A stretch of DNA of 43,283 nucleotides. Origin: a virus. The DNA lies in the IMG/VR virus record IMGVR_UViG_3300045988_059686, positions 1 through 43,283 of that record, one strand, 5' to 3'. The notes under the pieces are model-generated. The model did no database searches and was not told the origin of the DNA. It worked only from the letters and a program-made list of their open reading frames with translations. This document shows positions 34,556 to 42,295 of the stretch, piece after piece. Position 1 is the stretch's first letter. Each line of letters begins with the position of its first letter. A program made the position numbers and the translations under genes.

Positions 34556-34993
34556 TTATTTGACCTCCGTTTCAGGTTTTGCAGCCTCTTGCTTCTCAAG
34601 TGCCGCACAGCGGGCTGCCAGCGCGTCAAACTCTGCCCGGGTGACAAACTCCCCGCCGGGCTGCTGCGCCGTTTGTGGGGGCGTTTTTGCGGATGTAGTA
34701 CGTTCCTTGTAATCAAACGTCCTGAGAGGCAGCGGCATCCCGCTTGCATCCGTGCTCTTGATATAAAAAGTGCTGTTTTCGCTGTCCATCAGTAAGACGC
34801 TATTCCCGGCGGCAACCATGTACGCCTTGGCTCCCTCCTCGCCTTGCACCCAGATGATGGACGGCGCCGCCTGCTGTGCAGCCTGACCGGGTATTGTCGT
34901 CGGTTGGTATGCGTTCTGCCGCAGCTGTGCAAGCTGATCCGGCATTGCCTGCCCATAATAGCCGGGCTGGTATCCGTATGGAATGTATGGCAT
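34556..34993 (-). CDS. Hypothetical protein with a Pro/Tyr/Gln-rich N-terminus
   Basis: 145 aa: MPYIPYGYQPGYYGQ..., then IWVQGEEGAKAYMVAAGNSVLLMDSE. Confidence 0.5.
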   Translation of the reverse strand: MPYIPYGYQPGYYGQAMPDQLAQLRQNAYQPTTIPGQAAQQAAPSIIWVQGEEGAKAYMVAAGNSVLLMDSENSTFYIKSTDASGMPLPLRTFDYKERTTSAKTPPQTAQQPGGEFVTRAEFDALAARCAALEKQEAAKPETEVK

Positions 34994-34996
34994 CGC

Positions 34997-35374
34997 TTAG
35001 TCCTCCTTGTACCAGTAATATATTGGGCACTCTGCTCCACTGTCCCAGCTGTCCATCCACTCGCCATTGATAACAGCCAGAACGTGGCCAGAGCAGCCTA
35101 GAACATAGATCCCGCGCGGGTACTCCCTTGCAAAATCCTCCACGGTGTAGCAGGTGGAGCAGTCTGCCTCGACAAGACGGCGATTGAATCCGCGCTTTTG
35201 GAGGTACGCGCCCCATGTGCGGTTAGCGCTTGGCATATCTCCCAACGCATAGCCCATCATCGCAAGCCCTACATACGCCTGCTCCCAGCTTTGCCCGGTA
35301 GCAGCCGCAACAGCTCGCACTGCGCAGTCTCCGACGCTGCTTCCTCGCGGGTTAGGGTTGAACTTATGCCACAT
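34997..35374 (-). CDS. Small putative papain-like/C39-like cysteine peptidase-fold protein
   Basis: 125 aa. The N-terminal GDCAVRAV (candidate catalytic Cys) and later GHVLAV (candidate His) match the pattern typical of that fold. Confidence 0.4.
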   Translation of the reverse strand: MWHKFNPNPRGSSVGDCAVRAVAAATGQSWEQAYVGLAMMGYALGDMPSANRTWGAYLQKRGFNRRLVEADCSTCYTVEDFAREYPRGIYVLGCSGHVLAVINGEWMDSWDSGAECPIYYWYKED

Positions 35375-35448
35375 GAGCGCCCCCTCCTTTTGCGATTATC
35401 GTACCAGAATGCCACACCGGGAGAGACAACGAAGGTACAACGAAAGAC

Positions 35449-35491
35449 AAAAAAAGAAAAGCGCTCACGCGATGTTATGCCGCGTGAGCGC
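35449..35491 (-). terminator. Rho-independent terminator (minus strand)
   Basis: 11-bp stem gcgctcacgcg/cgcgtgagcgc followed on the minus strand by TTTTCTTTTTTT. Confidence 0.8.
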
Positions 35492-35501
35492 TTAATTTTA
35501 G

Positions 35502-35774
35502 CTATTTCAAGTCAAAAGCTTTGATTTCAATATTACCTAAGAGCTGCGAATACTTGCCAAGCTCTACCCCTGCATTGTCAATTAACTTTTTCTTGTCATA
35601 TCTCTCCAAAAATTCATCTACCGCAGCTTTTAAGACAGCATTCGGAGTTGTCCCAGCTTCTGCGCACGCTGCCTTAAACTTTTCCGCGTAATCCTTTTTT
35701 ACGCGGCAGGCCAAGCTTGTCATGTTTTTCTTGTCCCATTTGGCATTGGATGCTTTTTTCTTTTCAGAAATCAT
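35502..35774 (-). CDS. Ribbon-helix-helix (Arc/CopG-like) DNA-binding protein
   Basis: Start trimmed to ATG 35774. Sequence: KKNMTSLACRVKKDYAEKFKAACAEAGTTPNAVLKAAVDEFLERY. Confidence 0.55.
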   Translation of the reverse strand: MISEKKKASNAKWDKKNMTSLACRVKKDYAEKFKAACAEAGTTPNAVLKAAVDEFLERYDKKKLIDNAGVELGKYSQLLGNIEIKAFDLK

Positions 35775-35947
35775 AAAAGATACCCCCCGTTTCGTTTGCT
35801 TTAGTATAGCACAAAAAAGCACTGTTTACAATGCCGAATATGCACAATGGAGCACTGTAAACATTGTCGAAAATGTCAATTTACATACACTATAAACAGT
35901 GCTATACTATAATCGCAGCAAGGAAAACAAAATATTGGAGGACCATT

Positions 35948-36109
35948 ATGAACGAGTTATTTGATCAAAAGGTTTTGGATTTTCTTTCTAATCTTGAAGA
36001 AGAAAGTTTTTACACTTACACTCAAAACCCTTGTGAAAAAACCAAGGATATCCACGAAAGGGCAAAAAAGAAATTGCTTGAGTATGCGCACAAATACGGA
36101 ATTGTATAA
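35948..36109 (+). CDS. Small hypothetical protein (low GC)
   Basis: ATG 35948 after GGAGGA; 53 aa; followed by a strong terminator. Confidence 0.45.
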   Translation: MNELFDQKVLDFLSNLEEESFYTYTQNPCEKTKDIHERAKKKLLEYAHKYGIV

Positions 36110-36114
36110 ACAGC

Positions 36115-36154
36115 AAAACCCCCGATGCTCCAAACGGAACACCGGGGGTTTTGT
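36115..36154 (+). terminator. Rho-independent terminator
   Basis: Stem aaaacccccg/cgggggtttt followed by GTGTTG. Confidence 0.7.
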
Positions 36155-36306
36155 GTTGCCAAAACGGAGAAGTCTAAAATCAAGAGCGGAACCGCCCACA
36201 GGCAATGCCGCTCTCTACAAAGGCCGCAGCCTTTCAAATATCCACTCTAATGCGCTTCTTCGAGAGGCCGGGTGGATTTCGTTGAGATTATTATACCACA
36301 ACTCGT

Positions 36307-36346
36307 GAAAAAAGAAAAGCCAGCGGGTAAACGTTCTTCCGCTGGC
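36307..36346 (-). terminator. Rho-independent terminator ending the long leftward late operon
   Basis: Stem gccagcgg/ccgctggc followed on the minus strand by TTTTCTTTTTTC. Confidence 0.8.
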
Positions 36347-36405
36347 TCTCTGTACACATTTCTCCGAAGTGTGTGTACTCTACTTCGGACGGTACAAATA
36401 GTATA

Positions 36406-36690
36406 TCACACATCCAACATTTTTTCAATGCCTTTCAGCCGGTAGCCTACCGCCGTCCGGCTGTAATGTGTGTGTGCTGCAATATCCGGCAGCGAAAGCC
36501 GCTCAACGTACCGCAAAAGAGCTATCTTTCGGTCAACCCTCCCAAGCGGTGCGCTTTTGATAGCGGCGGTCATTTGCTGTCGGTCAAGCCCTTGCAGCGC
36601 AGCGGGCAGCACCACACGAGCCGCCGCCACGGGCAGCACCGAGCCAGAAAGGCTGCGGCAGCTGTCCGGCGTTGCGCACCATATTGCCAA
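36406..36690 (-). CDS. Small sigma-70 region-4-like HTH protein (start uncertain)
   Basis: Contains RVDRKIALLRYVERLSLPDIAAHTHYSRTAVGYRLKGIEKML. Confidence 0.5.
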   Translation of the reverse strand: MAIWCATPDSCRSLSGSVLPVAAARVVLPAALQGLDRQQMTAAIKSAPLGRVDRKIALLRYVERLSLPDIAAHTHYSRTAVGYRLKGIEKMLDV

Positions 36691-36862
36691 GCACAGCGAA
36701 CCGGTGACAAAACGTCACCAGTTTGCCGGAATTGCCGAGATGGTATGTTTTCGTGAGGCCACGAAGACGTGCGCAGACCAATTTCGTGATGTCACGAAAT
36801 TGCTCTTGTGCGGCGAACATCCCGGTGACGTTACCGAGATGGCGGTATGTAGTGCTACCCAT
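36584..36862 (-). CDS. Hypothetical ORF. It may be the N-terminal part of the 36406 gene in another frame.
   Basis: ATG 36862 after AAGGAG. It overlaps 36406..36690 by about 100 nt in a different frame. Confidence 0.3.
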   Translation of the reverse strand: MGSTTYRHLGNVTGMFAAQEQFRDITKLVCARLRGLTKTYHLGNSGKLVTFCHRFAVLGNMVRNAGQLPQPFWLGAARGGGSCGAARCAARA

Positions 36863-36866
36863 GGTT

Positions 36867-37034
36867 TTACTCCTTATCTGCCCGCTTTTCGATGCACTCA
36901 CCATATTTGTAAAGAAGGCAATCTTTGCAAAACTCTCGATTGTCGCCTTTCAGGTTGCACACCTTTTCACGCTTGCGGGCTTGATTCATAGCGTTTGCAG
37001 AAGCGGCAATAATGCCGCACATAGGTACAGCCAT
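36867..37034 (-). CDS. Small Cys-rich ORF (55 aa, below the track cutoff), long allele
   Basis: Hand translation after AAGGAGGA: MAVPMCGIIAASANAMNQARKREKVCNLKGDNREFCKDCLLYKYGECIEKRADKE. Confidence 0.4.
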   Translation of the reverse strand: MAVPMCGIIAASANAMNQARKREKVCNLKGDNREFCKDCLLYKYGECIEKRADKE

Positions 37035-37210
37035 GATATCCTCCTTACTGCGTGATTTCCTCGAAGCCGCTCTTGACGAGAATGTCCTTCACCTTCGGCT
37101 TCAGCAGACGAGGGCAACGCGCATACAGAGCCTTTGCCTCCTCCATAGTCTCAGCGGACATAATTTCCTGTGCCCATAACATCGCCATCATAAGTACCAT
37201 CCTTTCGATT
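36948..37210. repeat. 263-bp exact repeat, internal copy
   Basis: Identical to 1..263 and 43021..43283. The next 23 nt are similar with 3 mismatches, after which the sequences are unrelated. Confidence 0.95.
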
Positions 37211-37233
37211 CTTTGTGTAATTCGTTTAAGCAT
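37045..37233 (-). CDS. XkdX-like small tail-associated protein
   Basis: 62 aa with an ATGCTTAA overlap with the upstream stop. It follows the fibre module as XkdX does in PBSX-like elements (weak similarity, from memory). Confidence 0.45.
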   Translation of the reverse strand: MLKRITQRIERMVLMMAMLWAQEIMSAETMEEAKALYARCPRLLKPKVKDILVKSGFEEITQ

Positions 37234-37558
37234 ACACAATCTCCGACATTTCCATCAGACATTGTGTCAGCATCTCATTCTTCTTCTGAAGCTCTGCGAT
37301 TTTTTCAGAATCTGTCTTTTCGGTAGGCTCTGACCAATCCAGATACTTCTCAGGAGCAGCTGTGACTTTTTCGAGGTCAATTTTACTTTCATCGGCCACG
37401 ATTTCCCGGTAGTCGCATTCCCACACCCGCTGTACAGGTTGAGATTCATCGTACTTCCGTTCTGTCCACTGGCCGTTGACGCAGATGAAAATATACAGCG
37501 TATAACCGTCACGCACTGACCGAACGGCGGGCTGCTCGGCATCGAAGCTTGCTTTCAT
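37226..37558 (-). CDS. Hypothetical protein in the XkdW-like position
   Basis: ATG 37558 after AAAGGAG; 110 aa; overlaps the RT 3' end by 50 nt. Confidence 0.45.
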   Translation of the reverse strand: MKASFDAEQPAVRSVRDGYTLYIFICVNGQWTERKYDESQPVQRVWECDYREIVADESKIDLEKVTAAPEKYLDWSEPTEKTDSEKIAELQKKNEMLTQCLMEMSEIVYA

Positions 37559-38668
37559 GTGCAACAACTCCTTTCGCTTTCTTTATCGTCGTGAATATGT
37601 GAAATTTCTTTGAAAACCGTAATAGATTCGTGCCTTTGATACACCCGAAATAGCTGACACATTTTTGTGCCTGCTTCTCGGTCATTTTGCGGTAACGCTT
37701 TTTTGTGGACTTCTTGTATGCTCGTCTGACGCGCAAGAAAACGCGCCGCCTAATGGTCACATGGTCGCCATATACACGGAATCCCATAGTATCCACAAAG
37801 TCTGTATCGCTTATCTTACGAACGTTCCATGTTGGCTTGATAGTTAAACCCATTTTGTCCTTAGCATAAACGATAATGGCATCAACTGCCTTATGCATGG
37901 CCTTTGCATTACACCCGATCAGTAGGATATCATCCATGTAAAACAAGACGTGCTTTACCAGACGAATAGGTTTACCGCGTCGTGTATAGTACATCCGTTC
38001 CGATATCTCGTGATAGAGCTGGCTCATATACAGATTGCACAGATACTGGCTTAGATAGGAGCCAATCGATAGCCCTACATCAAAGGTTCCTACAAGCTCC
38101 CTGACAAGCCAACGGATATCTGCATTGGCGACGTACTTGTCAATAAAGGCAAGTACGTCGCCTGCGGGATACTCGGAAAGCACTTTTGTACGTCCAGCTG
38201 GGCCACATACTTTGCATCATGTGCCCTTAGCCACTTGCGGACATGCTTCAGTCCGTAGTATGGCCCACGACCAGAAATGCTGGCGCACTGATACTCGCCA
38301 ATGCGTTTCATCAGGTCTTGCATCGCATAGACGGCCACATAGTCATATAGCTGCTGGCTAACGTGCTGGATGCCAATGCGGCGCAACTTGTGATTTGATG
38401 CGTCGATTTTCTCCTTGTACCATATCGGTACAAAATGCACCTCTTTCTTTGCCAGCTGCTTTTGCATGTGGCGTGCTGCAATCACAATAAGGGCGGGCTT
38501 CTCCCCGTTCTGTATCGCCTGCAGGATTTCCGCCTTGCTCCTTCCTGTGATGTCAGAAAAGAATTCCAACACATCTCGACGTTTCCACTTTTTACGCAAG
38601 CATTCGCCCGCGCAAAACTCCAAAAATTCAAAATCAAGGATATTGACGTTTTTACAATAACGTTTCAT
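37509..38668 (-). CDS. DGR-type reverse transcriptase, split into two overlapping frames (38090..38674 and 37509..38183) by an apparent 1-nt deletion / -1 frameshift near 38160..38175
   Basis: RT motifs: YVAQLDVQKCFPSIPQ (domain 2), SIGSYLSQYLCNLYM (the DGR-typical I/LGxxxSQ), and FYMDDILLIG (YxDD). The likely start is ATG 38668. Confidence 0.85.
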
Positions 38669-38862
38669 ACACATCCTTTCTAAGGTTCAATCGATTCTGT
38701 TCGATTGTTTGCTATACAGGGCTTTCGATTTTTCTACTAACCCCGCCCTTCTGTGAGCAATTTTCAGCCAGCGACAAATGCCGCATCAGCTGAGGAGCCA
38801 TTCTAGCTACAACTTCAGTTGCGAAAGATAGAGCAAAATAACATAAATAAATTAGATACAAA

Positions 38863-38960
38863 CAATCTGCGGCCAAGTAATTCCAGTTCCCATTCCCAAG
38901 CCTGTTCCTGCAATTCACATACGATGCGCCTGCATTCGACCTGTTCCTGAGATTACCGCT
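38863..38960 (-). repeat. DGR template repeat (TR)
   Basis: Gap-free 98-bp alignment to 39077..39174. The only differences are at TR adenines on the coding strand. Confidence 0.9.
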
Positions 38961-39012
38961 GCTCTACCAGTCCCTTATATAAATGTTGATATTTCGATTT
39001 GTTGCCTCATGC

Positions 39013-39075
39013 CACCTTGCGTTCAGTGGGACTTCCCCCTCTGCCGCAAGCGGCATTCACCCCCGGCGCAAGGTG
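39013..39075 (-). promoter_or_regulatory. Nested inverted repeats directly 3' of the VR and stop codon (candidate DGR target-recognition hairpin/cruciform)
   Basis: caccttgcg (39013..39021) pairs with cgcaaggtg (39067..39075). Inner hairpin tgccg-caag-cggca at 39042..39055. Confidence 0.55.
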
Positions 39076-41592
39076 TCAATCGGCGGCCAAGGAATTCCAG
39101 GCCCCAGACCCAAGCCCGAGCCAGCAATGCACAAACGACGCGCCAGCAGACGACCCGTCCCCGAGACGACCGCCTTGCAGATACTCACGCAGAGTGTTCT
39201 TGCTTGCGTTTCCACCGCCATAGGCGCGGTCGCCGACACCCGTTTTATCTCCAGAGCCTTGCGTTGCAGGCCATGTTACGCAGGCCTCGGGGTCAAAGCT
39301 GATGTCTCCGATCCACCAGTCACCAGCAGGGAAGCTGCCGACTTTCTTGTAGTGCGCCAGAATCTCGGCGTCAGTCTTAGTATGTGCTACGCCAGCAGGA
39401 CAGACGTATACGTCCTTGCCGTTACTGTCATCAAAGGCGAGTACCACATCACTAAGCACTTCATGGCCGCCCACAGCATACTCGATGCCCTGCACGCGAT
39501 AGGGGTGCTTAGAATCCGTGTTACTGCCAGGACTGCCATCATGGTGGCCGATGACCGCGTCTGTTGTGCCGCTATGCCAGTGCATTGTAGATAAAGCGAT
39601 AGGAGCGCTCAGAGTGTCAGTCAGAGCGACAGGCATCGTGTCAAAAGCGTCGCAGTCCAGATACACAGCACTGGTCGTATCATCAATGGGTTCAATCTTG
39701 ATGATTTTTGCGCTGTCTGCATACTTGTGGATGGTTGCAACACCGCGATCATTATTGATAGTGCCGTTGCTGTTCTTTGAGCCGTATCCAACAGAAACCC
39801 GGCTCCCAACAACGAATTGATTTGCTTGCGCTGTTGTAACGGGGAAGTATGTAAGTTTCTCGCTTCGCTGTGCAGCTGCAGGATACTGCAAAATGTAACC
39901 CGTGCAACCTGCGTACTTTTCCTGACTGGACTTCACAGCGCATTTAATGGAGTTGAACAGGATTTGCCATGCAACCTTCTCGCCGCCAGCACCCTTGTAA
40001 CCGGGGCCTTTCTTGCCGTAGTCTGTAATCAGGCTATAATACGACTGATTACGCGCCGGAACGAGGTCATATACGCTTCGCAACAACCCATCCTCACCCA
40101 CACCGCTAAAGAACTTGGAGTGGATGACGTAGGGATATACGGTGTCACCGACTTTTGCAGCCGCCCACGGAGTAAAGCCATCACGTGGAGAATCGGTGAT
40201 AGACCACAGGATATAGTCAGAATTGCTGTCGTCCCACTTGACGTAAGGGGTCATCTGAATAACGCCCACGTCTACAGCGCCAGTCTTGCGGTAATTGTCG
40301 CTCAGATGCTCAATGGCTGTCGGGTAGGCGTGGCCACTTGCGTCCCGCTTATAGTTGCAGTTGTACCACTTGAAAAGGGGAATATCCGCATAATCATCGC
40401 GACCCTCGACAGTATCGGTAGACGGCTCGCACACGAGGCCCACGTTGTCGTCCAGCTTCTCGCAGTTGACGGTGGGGTTCGTGGCAAAGCGTGGGATTTT
40501 TACGGTGTAGACCTTGCCAGTGCGGGGGAGCTTAAAGAGCACATCAACGGCGATGTCCAGTGCACTTGCGGTGGGAATGCCAAAGTCCAGCACGGCATTA
40601 TGCTCATCGCCGGAGTTAGTCACAGTCGGTGCAGAGCCAGTACCAAGGCCGGTTACAGTGCCGATCGTGATGGTAGCGGCAGGGCCAGAGGGGCCTGTAG
40701 AACCAGTTTCGCCCTTGGGGCCCTGCTCGCCACGAGGGCCAGTCTCGCCCTGTGGGCCAGTGGCACCCGTAGCGCCTGTGGGGCCTTGAGGGCCTTGCTC
40801 ACCCTGCGGGCCGACCGGGCCGATGGGGCCAGTGTCGCCCTTGTCACCTTTATCGCCTTTGAAGTTTCCGCTTGCGATGCCGTCCTTCAGCTCCTGCAGG
40901 CTGTCAGCGGCTTTCTCAGCGCTTTGGCTGGCACTGCCAGCACTGGTGGCAGCTTCACTGGCGGCGGTCTTAGCGGCTTCTGTAGAGGCTTTCACCTGCT
41001 TGAGAGCCTCGTCCCGGGCCGTGTCCACAGCCTGCGTGGCGGCGGTCTGCTTGTCACCGATGGCTTTCAGCGCATCCTTTTTGGCGGTGATGGTGTCAGA
41101 AAGAGCCTGCCCGGCCTTTTCGGCAGATGCCCCAGCCTGCTGTGCTGCGGTCTGTGCATCGGTCTTGGCTTGCTCTGCGGCGGTGGCATCGGTGTGTACG
41201 GCATCCACCAGCTGCTGCCATGCAGGGGTGCCCGGCTCCGGCGTGGCGCCATCCTCTGTGCCGGAGTTGGCACTCACTCGGTAGTGCAGGTCTGCGCTGG
41301 TCACGGTCTTGGTGCCGTCGCTTCCCTCAAAGGTGATGCACCCGGTGCCGGGCTGTGCGGTCACACTGGCGGGCACGTCCACAGAGCCGTCCACCACCAG
41401 CGAGGATGCCGGGTCTTTGCCGTCCGGGACGTGCCAGAAGCAGCGGATAGCCAGCCCTGCCCACTCGCCGGTTGCATCGACGTGCAGGCGGTACACGCCC
41501 CGGTTCTTGGTATAGCCAAAGCGCACCAGCTGCTCATAGCCCGGCACTTTGACGACGCCATTGGATGCGAGAGATACGCTTAGCTCAATCAT
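39076..41592 (-). CDS. Tail fibre / receptor-binding protein and DGR target: N-terminal docking domain, Ala/Gln/Thr-rich coiled coil, 20 collagen Gly-X-Y triplets, large globular C-terminal region ending in the VR
   Basis: 838 aa with RBS AAGGAG. The Gly-X-Y run spans aa 246..305. The last 32 codons are the VR. A relic of its N-terminal domain follows Tal at 287..358. Confidence 0.8.
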   Translation of the reverse strand: MIELSVSLASNGVVKVPGYEQLVRFGYTKNRGVYRLHVDATGEWAGLAIRCFWHVPDGKDPASSLVVDGSVDVPASVTAQPGTGCITFEGSDGTKTVTSADLHYRVSANSGTEDGATPEPGTPAWQQLVDAVHTDATAAEQAKTDAQTAAQQAGASAEKAGQALSDTITAKKDALKAIGDKQTAATQAVDTARDEALKQVKASTEAAKTAASEAATSAGSASQSAEKAADSLQELKDGIASGNFKGDKGDKGDTGPIGPVGPQGEQGPQGPTGATGATGPQGETGPRGEQGPKGETGSTGPSGPAATITIGTVTGLGTGSAPTVTNSGDEHNAVLDFGIPTASALDIAVDVLFKLPRTGKVYTVKIPRFATNPTVNCEKLDDNVGLVCEPSTDTVEGRDDYADIPLFKWYNCNYKRDASGHAYPTAIEHLSDNYRKTGAVDVGVIQMTPYVKWDDSNSDYILWSITDSPRDGFTPWAAAKVGDTVYPYVIHSKFFSGVGEDGLLRSVYDLVPARNQSYYSLITDYGKKGPGYKGAGGEKVAWQILFNSIKCAVKSSQEKYAGCTGYILQYPAAAQRSEKLTYFPVTTAQANQFVVGSRVSVGYGSKNSNGTINNDRGVATIHKYADSAKIIKIEPIDDTTSAVYLDCDAFDTMPVALTDTLSAPIALSTMHWHSGTTDAVIGHHDGSPGSNTDSKHPYRVQGIEYAVGGHEVLSDVVLAFDDSNGKDVYVCPAGVAHTKTDAEILAHYKKVGSFPAGDWWIGDISFDPEACVTWPATQGSGDKTGVGDRAYGGGNASKNTLREYLQGGRLGDGSSAGASFVHCWLGLGSGAWNSLAAD
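39077..39174 (-). repeat. DGR variable repeat (VR), the last 32 sense codons of the fibre ORF
   Basis: See the TR entry. The VR peptide [32 protein letters not shown] compares with the TR-encoded SGNLRNRSNAGASYVNCRNRLGNGNWNYLAAD. Confidence 0.9.
40678..40857 (-). repeat. Collagen-like Gly-X-Y coding repeat (20 triplets)
   Basis: [60 protein letters not shown]. Confidence 0.9.
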
Positions 41593-41595
41593 GCT

Positions 41596-41922
41596 TTACT
41601 CCTTATTCTGGTTGGCGGCGAGCGCCTTTTTCATCATCCACACAGCCTTTTCAATGACGGTATCCAGTACTTCGTCGGTGATAACGGGCTTCAGCCAGTC
41701 AGGCAGTTCGCTGCGCAGCGCAGCAAAGACCTGCGCCTTTTTCTTGGCGCCCTGTCCGCTGCCCATGATACTGGTCTCGGCGATGGTCACAAGCTCTAAG
41801 GCCAAGCTCTTGATGTACCGCTTGTAGCCCAGCCGGATGGCACCCACTGCCAGCGCGGCAAAGCCGATAACCATCAGCACCAGTGCGATGGGTGCAGGGA
41901 TAAAGTTAAACATTGCTTCCAT
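41596..41922 (-). CDS. Holin (LL-H-family-like, N-terminal TM helix)
   Basis: 108 aa with TM helix FIPAPIALVLMVIGFAALAVGAI and then an amphipathic charged domain. It lies in the lysis block. Confidence 0.6.
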   Translation of the reverse strand: MEAMFNFIPAPIALVLMVIGFAALAVGAIRLGYKRYIKSLALELVTIAETSIMGSGQGAKKKAQVFAALRSELPDWLKPVITDEVLDTVIEKAVWMMKKALAANQNKE

Positions 41923-42295
41923 GATTCGTTACTCCTTTCAGCAGGTAGTTGTTAATATCAGATTTACTTTTTTGCATACCTTCGCGGTTATTGCCGGAAA
42001 GTTGTGCATCCAAAAGGTTCTGCACGCCAACAAGCACGAGACGTATTTCTTCATCGATACCGTCAAAGCGGCGCAGGTCTCTTGCAAGAGCCTGTGCATG
42101 TTGAAGCTGCCCCTGTTCCAGCGCACCAAGTCTTTTGTCGAACGCATCCATTCGTTTGTTCTGTGCATCGTCGGGGGCCTTTGCATTTTTGACGTACTTG
42201 TGGATGATGTCCAGCACCTTGTCGATGGTGATGACCGCAGCGCACAGGCTGCCCAAGATGCCCAGCACCCACAGTAAAGCTTCTTTTTCGGTCAT
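41906..42295 (-). CDS. Membrane-anchored coiled-coil protein (lysis accessory or holin-like)
   Basis: 129 aa with N-terminal TM helix ALLWVLGILGSLCAAVITI and an ATGA overlap with the lysin stop. Confidence 0.45.
   Translation of the reverse strand: MTEKEALLWVLGILGSLCAAVITIDKVLDIIHKYVKNAKAPDDAQNKRMDAFDKRLGALEQGQLQHAQALARDLRRFDGIDEEIRLVLVGVQNLLDAQLSGNNREGMQKSKSDINNYLLKGVTNHGSNV

Noticed and set aside
38712-38918. A 68-aa minus-strand ORF (MNCRNRLGNGNWNYLAAD...) that could be taken for an Avd or another DGR accessory gene
   Set aside because: Its N-terminus is simply the in-frame translation of the template repeat, and the rest is the AT-rich TR-RT spacer. It has no RBS and is not Avd-like.
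254-39000. Recurrence of the 8-mer tttcgatt (254..263, 37202..37210, 38732..38740, 38993..39000) as a possible recombination or recognition site around the DGR
   Set aside because: It is a short AT-rich word with only four occurrences and could easily arise by chance. Its context is not consistent.
40678-40857. The Gly-X-Y repeat DNA as a second DGR variable region
   Set aside because: It has no similarity to the TR. Its periodicity is the 9-bp collagen triplet pattern, not adenine-specific divergence.
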